Below, piece after piece: positions 1-9,072 of a DNA stretch of 64,000 bases. How positions within the stretch are numbered: position 1 is the first letter of the stretch; the number at the start of each line of letters is the position of its first letter. This DNA is from a bacterium. Its GTDB lineage: Bacteria; Krumholzibacteriota; Krumholzibacteriia; LZORAL124-64-63. The translations under genes and the position numbers were made by a program. The notes under the pieces are model-generated. The model saw nothing but the letters and a program-made list of their open reading frames with translations, was not told where the DNA came from and made no database searches. Location of the stretch: assembly GCA_031441465.1 (NCBI GenBank), contig JANOEP010000046.1:1-64000 (forward strand), given 5' to 3'.

Positions 1-29
1 TGGATGGATCGGAACAGTCCGTCGCTCAC
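1..29 (-). CDS. flgC: flagellar basal-body rod protein FlgC, 5' end only (runs off window)
   Basis: GTG start after GAGGGGAG RBS immediately downstream of flgB; reads MSDGLFRSI, FlgC-like N-terminus; flgBC synteny. Confidence 0.6.
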
Positions 30-46
30 GTCACTCTCCCCTCACG

Positions 47-460
47 CTAGCGGACGCGGCCGCCGATGGCTTCGCGCAGCTGCGTGTACCTCATGCTCAG
101 GATCCTGGTCGCCAGGCGGTACGACAGGTCGGTCGTCGCCAAGCGGGTCATCTCCCGGTCCACGTCCACGTCGTTGATGCCGTTGTCGTAGCCGTCATCC
201 TGCACGGCGACCTCACCCTCGGTGTCCGCGAGGCTGCGCTGGCCCAGGGGCAGGTGCGCTTCGTGAGTCCGGACACCGCCGAGGGAGCGCCCTTCGGCCT
301 TGCGCAGCAGGTCCTCGAAGCGGTACTCCTGGGCCCGGTAGCCCTGGGTCTCCACGTTGGCGATGTTCTCCGAGACCACCCGCTGGCGACGCGAATAGAC
401 GGTCAGCGCCTTCTTCAAGTCGCCGAGGTGGGCCCGGTCGAAAATCGTGGTTGCCATCAT
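47..460 (-). CDS. flgB: flagellar basal-body rod protein FlgB
   Basis: SENIANVETQGY rod N-terminal motif and NDVDVDREM C-terminal motif; GGAGG upstream. Confidence 0.92.
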   Translation of the reverse strand: MMATTIFDRAHLGDLKKALTVYSRRQRVVSENIANVETQGYRAQEYRFEDLLRKAEGRSLGGVRTHEAHLPLGQRSLADTEGEVAVQDDGYDNGINDVDVDREMTRLATTDLSYRLATRILSMRYTQLREAIGGRVR

Positions 461-550
461 GGTCGTCCCGCCCGCCTCCCGTGGATGAGGATCCCGGCCC
501 GGCCGGGTCCGCATCCCCTATCAAGTTCCGTTCCCCGCCGCCGGTCGGGG

Positions 551-949
551 CTAAAGCCCGCCACGGGCCATCTCGAGAAACAGCCGGTCGTTCTCCGCCT
601 CGGCCATGAGGATCTCCTCGATGAGCCCTCCGAGGTCCTGCAGCACCTGCTGCAGGTCGGCGGCCGAAGGGAAGCCCCCGCCGCGGCGGCGTCCCTGCCA
701 GGTGCGGCGCGGCGCGGCCAGGAGCCGCTCCAGACGCGCGACCTCGTCCAGACGGTCCCGCTTGGCGGACAGGACCCGGCGCACGGCGGCGAGGCTCTCG
801 CCGCGGCGGATCATCGCCGTCTGTTCGCGCGAGAGCTGGAGCACCTCGACGTAGAGTTCCCGCTCCCGGGCGTAGAGCTTCAGCAGCGCGGGCACGGGCG
901 ATTCCCGGACGGCCGTGCCGTCAGCGGGGGCTGTCGAGAGCGTTGTCAT
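551..949 (-). CDS. FlgN/FliT-like helical flagellar export chaperone
   Basis: 132-aa predicted all-helical protein (LYVEVLQLSREQ...IEEILMAEAEN) in flagellar operon. Confidence 0.55.
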   Translation of the reverse strand: MTTLSTAPADGTAVRESPVPALLKLYARERELYVEVLQLSREQTAMIRRGESLAAVRRVLSAKRDRLDEVARLERLLAAPRRTWQGRRRGGGFPSAADLQQVLQDLGGLIEEILMAEAENDRLFLEMARGGL

Positions 950-2000
950 GGCGAACGGCCTCCTTCCCCACGTCGCTGAGCTGTTCGGCGGTGCCGGCGA
1001 GCGCGACGGCCCGCAACTGCCACGCGGCGACAGGGGCCGCCCCGGCGCTGCGCCGATAGAGCGCCGCCGCCCCGCTGAAATCACCGTCGCGCAGGGCGAA
1101 ATTGGCGAGCTGGTAGCTGGCCCAGAGCGGCGCCTCGCCGGCCTGCTGAACGGCCAGCATGCCGTACAGGATCGCCGCGGCGCCGCCGCGGTCGGCCATG
1201 TACAGGCCGTCCGGCAGGGCGCGCGCCACCCAGACCCGCTGCCAACCCTCCAGCTGCGCGGTGTTCTGGGCGCCCGAGACCAGGCGCAGCAACAGTGGCA
1301 CGGTCTCGGCGCGCCGGCCGTCGGCCACCAGGCAGTAGGATTGCCAGAACAGCAGGTCGGGGGTGAGCCGGTCCGTCTGGCAGGACGCCAGGGCGATCAG
1401 TCGGCGCAGGTTCACGCGGTCGTTGCGGATCAGGTAGTGCCGGTAGGCGATGACGGCCGCACCCTCGTTGGCCGGCAGGTCCCCGGACGCCAGCAAGTCG
1501 CGGAATCTCTCGTCGGTGCGCAGGGAATCGCCCGCCAGCACGGCCGTGGCGAACATCTCGTGCGCGAGGGGGCCCGCGGGCAGCGCCAGGCCGGCGGCCT
1601 GCTGCGCGACGCCGTACCATTGCAGCGCCTGCGCGTACGCGCCGACGTCGCGGTACGCGCGCGCCGCCGCCAGGGCGGAGGCTTCCGTCTTGTAGCTCGC
1701 GGCGTCCCAGGCGTCGGTCATGGCGTGCTCTCGGACCTGCAGTTCACGGGACATCGCCACCAGTCGCTCGGGACGGCCCTGCGCCAGGGCTTCCTGCGGC
1801 GACAGGCCCAACGGGTACAGGCGGGACGGGACACTGTCCGCCACCGCCACCGCCAGATCCTGGACCCAACAGCCGTACCCGAGGATCGTGAGGGGGGTCA
1901 GGTCCTCGTCGGCCCGGACCGGCCCGGCCGGCAGCACGCACAGGAACGCGATCCACACGAGAGGACCGGCGATTCGGAAGGGAATTGGGCGGCGGCGCAT
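921..2000 (-). CDS. exported TPR-like repeat protein
   Basis: signal peptide (LVWIAFLCVLPAGPVRA) followed by helical TPR-like repeats (AYRDVGAYAQALQWY, YQLANFALRDGDFSGAAALYRR). Confidence 0.6.
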   Translation of the reverse strand: MRRRPIPFRIAGPLVWIAFLCVLPAGPVRADEDLTPLTILGYGCWVQDLAVAVADSVPSRLYPLGLSPQEALAQGRPERLVAMSRELQVREHAMTDAWDAASYKTEASALAAARAYRDVGAYAQALQWYGVAQQAAGLALPAGPLAHEMFATAVLAGDSLRTDERFRDLLASGDLPANEGAAVIAYRHYLIRNDRVNLRRLIALASCQTDRLTPDLLFWQSYCLVADGRRAETVPLLLRLVSGAQNTAQLEGWQRVWVARALPDGLYMADRGGAAAILYGMLAVQQAGEAPLWASYQLANFALRDGDFSGAAALYRRSAGAAPVAAWQLRAVALAGTAEQLSDVGKEAVRHDNALDSPR

Positions 2001-2046
2001 GATTTTCGTGCTCCTGGAAGGTGGTCCACGCCTTTCCGCTTCCGGT

Positions 2047-2062
2047 CGCAAGGGTCGTGCCT
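2047..2062 (-). promoter_or_regulatory. sigma54 (-24/-12) promoter for TPR gene/flgB operon
   Basis: AGGCACGACCCTTGCG on minus strand, GG-N10-GC, about 47 bp upstream of ATG at 2000. Confidence 0.75.
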
Positions 2063-2135
2063 TGCCGACGACCCGGCGTCTGCCGCTCGTACGACGCGGC
2101 GGTGCACGGGTGCGGCGGCGGGATGTCGGGGGGGG

Positions 2136-2177
2136 AAAGGAAAGGCGCGGCTTCAGGCGAGAACCCTGAACCGCGCC
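2136..2177 (-). terminator. probable intrinsic terminator after response regulator
   Basis: GGCGCGGTTCAGG...CCTGAAGCCGCGCC hairpin followed by TTTCCTTT on minus strand. Confidence 0.55.
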
Positions 2178-2200
2178 GAAAAACGGGGGGGGCAAATCGC

Positions 2201-3640
2201 TCAGGACTCGGCTTCGTCCACGAGATCGGCCTGCGGGTCGCCGTACTGCTTCAACTTCTCGCGCAACGTCTGGCGCGAGATGCCGAGGATCCGCGCCGCC
2301 TGCGACTTGTTGTTGCCGGTCTTGTCGAGCGTGTAGAGGATCTGGCGCTGCTCGACCTCCGACAGCGTGACCAGACCGGCGTCGGGCCCGTGGGTCGCCT
2401 CGGCGATGGTGCGCGGGTCGCGGCCGTCGGTGACGTGGGTGGGGAAATGGATCGCCCGCAGTTCCGCGGGCTCCTCCAGGATCATGATCCGCTTGAGCAC
2501 GTTGCGCATCTCGCGCACGTTGCCGGGCCACGGGTACCGCTGCAGCACGGCCACCAGCGCCGCGTCGGGCGGGGCCGTGCCGAGACCGAGGCTGGCGTTG
2601 AACTCGCGGATGAAGTGTCCCAGCAGCACCCCGATGTCGTCGGGACGTTCGCGCAGGGGCGGGATGTCGACCTCGACCACCTGCAGGCGGTAGTAGAGGT
2701 CGTTGCGGAATGCGCCCTCGCGGATGGCCGCCTCGAGGTCGCGGTTGGTGGCGGCCACCACGCGGGCGTGGACCTGCTGCTCGTCCTTGCCGCCCACGCG
2801 GCGGAAGGTCCGGTTCTCGATGACGCGCAGCAGGCGGCTCTGCAGCAGGAAGCCCATCTCCCCGATCTCGTCCAGGAAGATGGTGCCGTTGGCGGCGAGT
2901 TCGAACAGGCCCTCCTTGCGCGCCTTGGCGTCGGTGAAGGCGCCCTTCTCGTGGCCCATCAGCTCGCTCTCGAGCAGGGTCTCGGGCACGGCCGCGCAGT
3001 TGATCTCCATGAAGGGTTCGCGCGCGTTGTCGCTCGTCTCGTGGATGGCGCGGGCGACGATCTCCTTGCCGCTGCCCGATTCGCCGCGGATCAGGATCGA
3101 GGTGTCGTTGCCCGCGCGGCTCTGGCCGACCTTCTCCAGCAGGTCCGCGATGTGCCGCAGGCCGGGGCAGGCCCGGATCATGTCCATGTAGTAGGTGCTG
3201 CCTACGTGCGCCGCCGCGGCACGACGCGGGCGGGGCGCCGGCGAGTCGCCCGCCGGCACGACCGCGTCCTGGACGCGGGTCGCCTTGAGGGCCGCGGCGA
3301 CCTGCCGGCGCATGACGCTCAGCTTGAACGGCTTCTGGATGAAGTCGTAGGCGCCCAGGCGCATGCACTCCACGGCCGTGTCGACGTCGCCGTAGGCCGT
3401 CATCATCAGGACCGGCGTGGTGCGTCCGGTGTTGCGCAGCGCCTTCAGCAGTTCGATACCGGACACGTTGGGCATCTTGAGGTCGGTGACCACCAGGTCG
3501 AAGGCGCCGCCGTGCAGGCGCGCCAGGGCTTCCTCCCCCGTCTCGGCCGTCTCGGTCGCGAAACCGTCGGCGGCCAGAGCCTCGGCCACGGACATGCGGA
3601 TGGCGGCCTCGTCGTCCACGATCAGGATCTTGTGGCTCAT
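2201..3640 (-). CDS. sigma54-dependent response regulator (NtrC/FleR-like: receiver, AAA+, Fis HTH)
   Basis: receiver ILIVDDE...DLKMP, Walker A GESGSGKE, GAFTDA loop, Walker B FLDEIGE, HTH NKSQAARILGISRQTL. Confidence 0.95.
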   Translation of the reverse strand: MSHKILIVDDEAAIRMSVAEALAADGFATETAETGEEALARLHGGAFDLVVTDLKMPNVSGIELLKALRNTGRTTPVLMMTAYGDVDTAVECMRLGAYDFIQKPFKLSVMRRQVAAALKATRVQDAVVPAGDSPAPRPRRAAAAHVGSTYYMDMIRACPGLRHIADLLEKVGQSRAGNDTSILIRGESGSGKEIVARAIHETSDNAREPFMEINCAAVPETLLESELMGHEKGAFTDAKARKEGLFELAANGTIFLDEIGEMGFLLQSRLLRVIENRTFRRVGGKDEQQVHARVVAATNRDLEAAIREGAFRNDLYYRLQVVEVDIPPLRERPDDIGVLLGHFIREFNASLGLGTAPPDAALVAVLQRYPWPGNVREMRNVLKRIMILEEPAELRAIHFPTHVTDGRDPRTIAEATHGPDAGLVTLSEVEQRQILYTLDKTGNNKSQAARILGISRQTLREKLKQYGDPQADLVDEAES

Positions 3641-5907
3641 GTCGACTCCTGTTCTCGGGCGTGCGCGCCGGCGTCGGCCGGCAGGAGGATCTCGAACACG
3701 GTGGCGCCGCCCTCGCGGCGGGCGTGGATCGAGCCGCGATGGGCCGCGACGATCTTGCGGCAGAGCGAGAGGCCCAGACCGGTGCCGGCGCTCTTGGTCG
3801 TGAAGAAGGGGCGGAACAGCTGGTCGAGGTCCGCCGGCGCGAAGCCCGGACCGCGGTCGCGCACCGCCAGGCGGCAGGCCGGCGACAGCCGCGAGCCGCC
3901 GGTGTCCGGATCCGACAACTCGTGCGGCGCGACGCCGGAGAGTTCGACCACGATCTCGCTGCCGGCGGGCGCCGCATCCAGCGCGTTGAGCAGCAGGTTC
4001 AGGAGCACCTGGGTGATCTGCGCCCCGTCGGCCGCGAGCACGACCGGGACGTCGGGCAGGTCCGCCGCCAGGGCGACACCCACCTGGCGGGCGCGGGCGC
4101 CGGCCAGGTCCAGGCAGTCGCGGACGAGGGGCACCAGGTCCACGGCCGCCAGGTCGGGCTCGTAGGGCCGCACGTAGTTGAGCATGCGCGTGATGGTGGC
4201 GTTGATGCGGTCCACCTCGCCGGTGATCACGTCCAGGTAGCGGCGGCGGCGGTCGTCGACGTCGAGGCTGTCGGCCAGCAGTTCCGCCTGGGCGCTCAGT
4301 CCCATGAGCGGGTTGCGGATCTCGTGCGCCAGGGTCGCGGACATCTCGACCAGGCCCTGCAGGGAGTCGGCGCGGCGCGTCTCGGCCGCGAGGCGACGGG
4401 CCGGGCGCAGGTCCTCGAGCACGACCACCAGCCAGGTCTCGCCGGGTGTACGCCCGCGCATGGCGCTGGATTGGACCAGCACGGGCAGGGTCTCGTTGCC
4501 GGCACGGAGCAGCCGGCCTTCGCCGTGAAACGTTTCGCCGCCGTCGCCGGCCAGCCGGGACAGCACCGTCCCCTCCCCCGGATCCAGACGCAGGCGGGCG
4601 TCGAGGCAGAGTTCCGGCAGGTCGTCCAACTGGAAGGCGTCGCGACGGAAAAAGCTCGCGGCAGACCGCTCCCCGCCGGCGGCCCGGCCGCGCCCGATCC
4701 CATAATCAGGTTCCGCCACGATGCGCGCCGCCTCGGGCCGGCCGGTCAGGAATTCGCGGGCCGTGCGGTTGCAGTAGACCGTCACGCCGGTCTCGTCCAG
4801 GACCCAGATGCCGTTCTGGACCGACTCGAGCACGCGGGAGTTGAACGCGCCCAGTTCACGCATGCGGTCGAGGATCTGGGCCGACGCCACCTCCTCGGAC
4901 AGGATGACCTGCACCGTGCGCAGGAAAGCGGGCACCGCGCCGGCCTCCCGCTCGTCCGGGTCGTAGCCGAGGAGCAGCAGGTAGCCCAGCCGGCGTCGCA
5001 TGTGATCCAGGGGCAGGGCGGTGACCGTCGGACCGGCGCCGTCGGGATCGCCGGGACGCAGGACGAGGAGCGATTCCGCATCCCCATCCTCCTGTTCGCG
5101 CTCGAGGCGCGCCAGGACGCGTTCCCAGGCTGGGTCGTCCCAGCGGTAGGTCTGGCGCGGGGCGAAGGGCGCCTCCGGGCCGGGACGCAGCACCAGAGCG
5201 GCGCCGTCGGCGCCGATGAAGCCGGCCAAGGTCTTCAGGATGGATTCCAGCGTCCGGTCCCAGTTGCGCGCCGTGCTCAATTCGCGCCCGAAGCTGTAGA
5301 GCAACGAGAGCTGGTTCATGTGCCGGCTCAGGTCGCGGTTCGCCTGCTCGAGGCGTTCGTGGGAGTTCGCGAGATCGGCGCCGGCACGGGTCAGGTCGTC
5401 CTGGAGGCGTTTTTGGTGCTCCTTGAGACGACGGGTCGCCGCGAGTTGCTGGTCGGCGAGTTGTCCGGACTCGAGACGGCGCGCCCCGCGTTCCAGGACC
5501 CTGGCGAGCAGGCGTTGCCAGGCGTCGGGCGGCGCCTGCCGCGAGACGGCGTCGTGGAGACCGGCGCGGAAGCAGGCGGCGAGGGCATCGACACCGAGCA
5601 TGTCGTTGCCCGGCCCGTCGTGGACCAGGACCAGTTCGCAATCCGGCAGTTCCCGGCGCAGCGCGGCGACCACCTCGGGGTCGGCGGCCGCGGCCGGCGC
5701 GGTGGGCGCGAGCAGGATCAGGGCGGAGCGCCGCTTCCCAAGGGCCCGGCGCACGGCCTGCGGCGTCGGGGTGGGCGCAAAGACCGGGGTCGAGGGCAGA
5801 TCCGGGCCGTCCCAGACGGCGCGGCCGGCCACGATCAGCAGCAAGCCCCTGGGATCCGACGTGCCGTCGGTCGCGCTGCCGGTCTGGAAGGGAGGCGCGG
5901 ACGTCAT
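3637..5907 (-). CDS. cytoplasmic sensor histidine kinase (degenerate receiver, GAF-like, PAS, HisKA, HATPase)
   Basis: AHEIRNPL H-box, NLLLNALDA N-box, DRGPG, FFTTK, GTGLGL; no TM segment; 4-bp overlap with regulator. Confidence 0.9.
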   Translation of the reverse strand: MTSAPPFQTGSATDGTSDPRGLLLIVAGRAVWDGPDLPSTPVFAPTPTPQAVRRALGKRRSALILLAPTAPAAAADPEVVAALRRELPDCELVLVHDGPGNDMLGVDALAACFRAGLHDAVSRQAPPDAWQRLLARVLERGARRLESGQLADQQLAATRRLKEHQKRLQDDLTRAGADLANSHERLEQANRDLSRHMNQLSLLYSFGRELSTARNWDRTLESILKTLAGFIGADGAALVLRPGPEAPFAPRQTYRWDDPAWERVLARLEREQEDGDAESLLVLRPGDPDGAGPTVTALPLDHMRRRLGYLLLLGYDPDEREAGAVPAFLRTVQVILSEEVASAQILDRMRELGAFNSRVLESVQNGIWVLDETGVTVYCNRTAREFLTGRPEAARIVAEPDYGIGRGRAAGGERSAASFFRRDAFQLDDLPELCLDARLRLDPGEGTVLSRLAGDGGETFHGEGRLLRAGNETLPVLVQSSAMRGRTPGETWLVVVLEDLRPARRLAAETRRADSLQGLVEMSATLAHEIRNPLMGLSAQAELLADSLDVDDRRRRYLDVITGEVDRINATITRMLNYVRPYEPDLAAVDLVPLVRDCLDLAGARARQVGVALAADLPDVPVVLAADGAQITQVLLNLLLNALDAAPAGSEIVVELSGVAPHELSDPDTGGSRLSPACRLAVRDRGPGFAPADLDQLFRPFFTTKSAGTGLGLSLCRKIVAAHRGSIHARREGGATVFEILLPADAGAHAREQEST

Positions 5908-5965
5908 GCGACCTGGCCGATCGAGGAGGTCTCACACGGGCCGCGAACCGGCCGGGACCGGCTGC

Positions 5966-5994
5966 AGCGTAAGATTTCCGACCACTTGCGGCAA
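5966..5994 (-). promoter_or_regulatory. sigma70-type promoter for kinase/regulator operon
   Basis: TTGCCG-N17-TACGCT on minus strand upstream of kinase ATG. Confidence 0.5.
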
Positions 5995-6060
5995 GGAAAA
6001 ATCACAAGTGCCTGGCTCAGGCAGACCGGGGCGACGGTTCAACGAGGTCGGGCGAAGACG

Positions 6061-6429
6061 TCAGTCGAGGAGATGGGAGAGGTCCCGCAGCACCGGCGAG
6101 AGCTGTTCCGCCGTGCGCTGGCGGGCTTCCGCGGTCGTGTAGACCCCAGCCTCCAGCCGGCGCCGCACCTCGGCCACGCGGTCGGCCCGCACGTCGGGTT
6201 CGGCCTCGATCCGGGTCCGGCCGGCTTCGACCAGCGAGCGCATGTCGGTCACTTTGCGGGCCGAGGCGGAGATTTCCAGCTTCTCACCAGACAGGGGGCG
6301 GGCTTCGCCGGATTTGGCGGTTTCGAGCTTACGGGTCTCGGCGTCGGCTTCCCCGCGCTGCGTCTGCTGGAAGCGGGCCAGGACGCGCGGGTCCGAAATC
6401 AGCTGCCGTTCGATCTTGTTCGCGCCCAT
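6061..6429 (-). CDS. flgM: anti-sigma28 factor FlgM
   Basis: EKLEISASAR and PDVRADRVAEVRRRLEAGVY motifs typical of FlgM. Confidence 0.85.
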   Translation of the reverse strand: MGANKIERQLISDPRVLARFQQTQRGEADAETRKLETAKSGEARPLSGEKLEISASARKVTDMRSLVEAGRTRIEAEPDVRADRVAEVRRRLEAGVYTTAEARQRTAEQLSPVLRDLSHLLD

Positions 6430-6478
6430 CCGAACCCTCCCCGACTGGTTGGCGTTGTCCGCTCGACGTACCAGAGGT

Positions 6479-6516
6479 TAGCAAACCCGGGACCAGTTGG
6501 CGCGATTCCTTTGCCA
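6479..6516 (-). promoter_or_regulatory. two tandem sigma54-like promoters upstream of flgM
   Basis: TGGTCCCGGGTTTGCTA (6479-6495) and TGGCAAAGGAATCGCG (6501-6516), both GG-N10-GC. Confidence 0.55.
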
Positions 6517-6658
6517 AGGTGCGCCCTCTGCGGTCCAGATGCCTCTGACTTCGGCATGATGGTCATATTCTTTAACATCATATGAGAATCGTCGATCATT
6601 CCAGGCCGGGACTCGCACCCGCGATCCACCCATTTCGACGACAAGAAAAAATTCCCGC

Positions 6659-6686
6659 TCAAGTTCTCGATCAGCCCGCCCGATAT
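6659..6686 (+). promoter_or_regulatory. sigma28 (FliA) promoter of flagellin
   Basis: TCAAG-N15-CCCGATAT about 140 bp upstream of fliC. Confidence 0.65.
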
Positions 6687-6781
6687 CTGGGACGGGTTCG
6701 TCACCAAGGTCCCATCCAGCCGTCAGGGTGCCGGAGGAACTCCTGAGACGGCAAGATCTCCGGCCCCACAACGGGGCACCA

Positions 6782-6821
6782 TCAGGCAAGGACGTCTGAA
6801 CCACTGTCTTTCAAGGAGGAA
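6782..6821 (+). promoter_or_regulatory. CsrA-binding sites in flagellin leader
   Basis: hairpin TCAGGC-AAGGAC-GTCTGA with GGA loop plus TTCAAGGAGGAA overlapping the SD. Confidence 0.65.
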
Positions 6822-6828
6822 CCGGAAC

Positions 6829-7662
6829 ATGCGCATCAACACGAACACGGCCGCGATCAACGCCCAGCGCAACCTGTACAACACCGAGATGAAGCTGAAC
6901 AAGTCGCTCGAGCGCCTCAGCTCGGGCCTGCGCGTCAACCGCGCCGGCGACGACGCCGCCGGCCTGGCCATCAGCGAGAACCTGAAGTCGGACATCCGCG
7001 CCCTGGAGCAGTCCTCGCGCAACGCCGCCGACGGCATCTCGGTGATCCAGACCGCGGAAGGCGCCCTGGACGAGGTCAACGGCATCCTGATCCGCATGCG
7101 CGAGCTGTCCCAGCAGGCCGCCAACGAGACCCTGGGCGCCAGCGAGCGCGGCTACCTGAACACGGAATTCCAGGCCCTGTCGTCGGAAATCACCCGCATC
7201 TCCGACACGACCCAGTTCAACGGCACCTTCCTGTTGAACGCCTCGGTCACCGGCACGCTGGACATCCAGGTCGGCCTGGGCAACGGCGCGGCCGACCGCA
7301 TCGGCGTGACCCTCACGGGTGACCGCGACGCGACCGGACTGGGCATCAACGCGAGCGTGCTGACGGGCGCCGACAACACCACCGCGCTGGCCTCCATCGC
7401 GACGGTCGAAGCCGCGATCAGCACGATCAGCTCGGCCCGCGCCGATCTGGGCGCCGTCCAGAACCGGCTCGAGTCGACGATCCGCAGCATCGGCAACACG
7501 ATCGAGAACCTCTCGGCGGCGAATTCCCGCATCCGGGACGTGGACATCGCGGCGGAGACCTCGAACATGACCTCCGCCCAGATCCTGCAGCAGGCCGGCG
7601 TGGCCGTGCTGTCGCAGGCCAACATGACGCCCCAGACGGCGTTGATGCTGCTGCAGGGCTAA
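6829..7662 (+). CDS. fliC: flagellin (277 aa, D0/D1 only)
   Basis: MRINTN...ERLSSGLRVNRAGDDAAGLAIS and SRIRDVDIAAE...QQAGVAVLSQAN termini. Confidence 0.97.
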   Translation: MRINTNTAAINAQRNLYNTEMKLNKSLERLSSGLRVNRAGDDAAGLAISENLKSDIRALEQSSRNAADGISVIQTAEGALDEVNGILIRMRELSQQAANETLGASERGYLNTEFQALSSEITRISDTTQFNGTFLLNASVTGTLDIQVGLGNGAADRIGVTLTGDRDATGLGINASVLTGADNTTALASIATVEAAISTISSARADLGAVQNRLESTIRSIGNTIENLSAANSRIRDVDIAAETSNMTSAQILQQAGVAVLSQANMTPQTALMLLQG

Positions 7663-7728
7663 GCCTGCGGCAGGGGATCGCCGGCGGGGCTGCGGCCCCG
7701 CCGGCGGTGACGCACCAGGGAGGGCGAC

Positions 7729-9057
7729 ATGAGCACCATCTCCTTCGGCGGGCTCGCCTCGGGGCTGGACACCGGCAAGATCGTGGCGCAGCTGCTCTCG
7801 ATCCGCCGCCAGCCGATCGACCGCCTCGAATCCCAGAAGACCAAGTACAGCGCGGCCAAGATCGCCCTGCAGGGCGTGGAGTCGCGCGTGCGCGGTCTGA
7901 TGGAGGCGGCCGGAGACCTGGACAGCAACGACGAGTTCGCGTCGCTGTCCGCCACCTCGAGCAACGAGGCCCTGCTGACCGCCACCGCGGGGGCCCTCGC
8001 CAACCCCGGCGGCTACGACCTCGTGGTCACCGCCCGCGCCCAGGCGCAGAAGGAGCGTTCGCAGGGCTTCGACGCCACGAGTTCCAGCGTCGGGACCGGC
8101 ACGTTCTCCATCACCGTCGGCGGTCAGACCACCGACCTGCAGATCGCCGCCGGCTTCAGCGGCCTGGCGGACCTGGCCTCGGCCATCAACGACAGCGACG
8201 CCGGCGTGTCGGCCACCGTCCTGTTCGACGGCTCCGAGACCGGCGGCTACTACCTCTCGCTCACCGCGGAGGAGACCGGCACCGCGGCGGCCTTCACCAT
8301 CGACGCCAGCGGTCTGACCGGCGGCACCGTGCCCGTGTTCGGCAACGTGCAGCAGGCGCAGAACGCCGCCTTCACCATCGACGGGCTGCCCGTCGCCTCG
8401 CAGACCAACACCGTGACGTCCGCGATCCAGGGTGTGACCCTGAACCTGGCCGGCATGGACGCGGGGGCCACGGTGCACCTGGACATCGCCACCGACGGCG
8501 CGGCCATCGAGGCCAAGGTCCAGGCGTTCGTCGACGCCTACAACGACCTGTTCGGCTACATCGCGGAGCAGGGCGGCGAGGAAGGCGTCCTGCGCGGCGA
8601 CAGCTCCATCCGCTCGCTCGTGTCCAAGATCCGCACCGACATCACCTCGCGCCTGAGCGCGGGCCCGATCACGATGCTCTACCAGGTGGGGATCCGGCAG
8701 ACCGAGGGCGGGGACCTGTCCTTCGACACGTCGGCCTTCCAGCAGGAACTGGCCGGCGACTACGCCGCTGTGCGCGACCTCTTCATCAGCCGCGCCGGGC
8801 ACGACGGGACGGTGTCGAAGCTCGGGGATTCCCTCGACACGATGCTGGACTCGGTCGACGGCGTCTTCAAGCTGCGCAGCTCGGCCATCGATGACCGCAT
8901 GAAGTCGATCGACGACACGATCACCCGTTACGAGCGGAGCGTCGACAGCTACGAGAAGACACTCAACGCCCGGTTCACCGCCATGGAGACCCTGCTGTCG
9001 ACCCTGCAGGCCCAGAGCGGGTACCTGTCCGCCATCTCTACCAGCAGCAGCAACTGA
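7729..9057 (+). CDS. fliD: flagellar filament cap FliD
   Basis: ISFGGLASGLDT N-terminus; FVDAYN; RFTAMETLLSTLQAQ C-terminus. Confidence 0.95.
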   Translation: MSTISFGGLASGLDTGKIVAQLLSIRRQPIDRLESQKTKYSAAKIALQGVESRVRGLMEAAGDLDSNDEFASLSATSSNEALLTATAGALANPGGYDLVVTARAQAQKERSQGFDATSSSVGTGTFSITVGGQTTDLQIAAGFSGLADLASAINDSDAGVSATVLFDGSETGGYYLSLTAEETGTAAAFTIDASGLTGGTVPVFGNVQQAQNAAFTIDGLPVASQTNTVTSAIQGVTLNLAGMDAGATVHLDIATDGAAIEAKVQAFVDAYNDLFGYIAEQGGEEGVLRGDSSIRSLVSKIRTDITSRLSAGPITMLYQVGIRQTEGGDLSFDTSAFQQELAGDYAAVRDLFISRAGHDGTVSKLGDSLDTMLDSVDGVFKLRSSAIDDRMKSIDDTITRYERSVDSYEKTLNARFTAMETLLSTLQAQSGYLSAISTSSSN

Positions 9058-9072
9058 GAAAGGCCCAGGCCC

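Noticed and set aside
518..548. Promoter-like motifs upstream of flgB (GGGAACGGAACTTGAT on minus; TCAAG-N14-GCCGGTCG on plus)
   Set aside because: The first has GA instead of GC at -12; the second points antisense; too weak to call
6555..6600. TGATGTTAAAG (minus) resembling the XerD arm of a dif site
   Set aside because: No matching XerC arm; more simply AT-rich promoter DNA between flgM and fliC
6720..6780. Possible c-di-GMP-I riboswitch in fliC leader (GAGACGGCAAGATCTCCGGCC)
   Set aside because: Lacks the GGCAAACC and GNRA tetraloop features; needs an Infernal search
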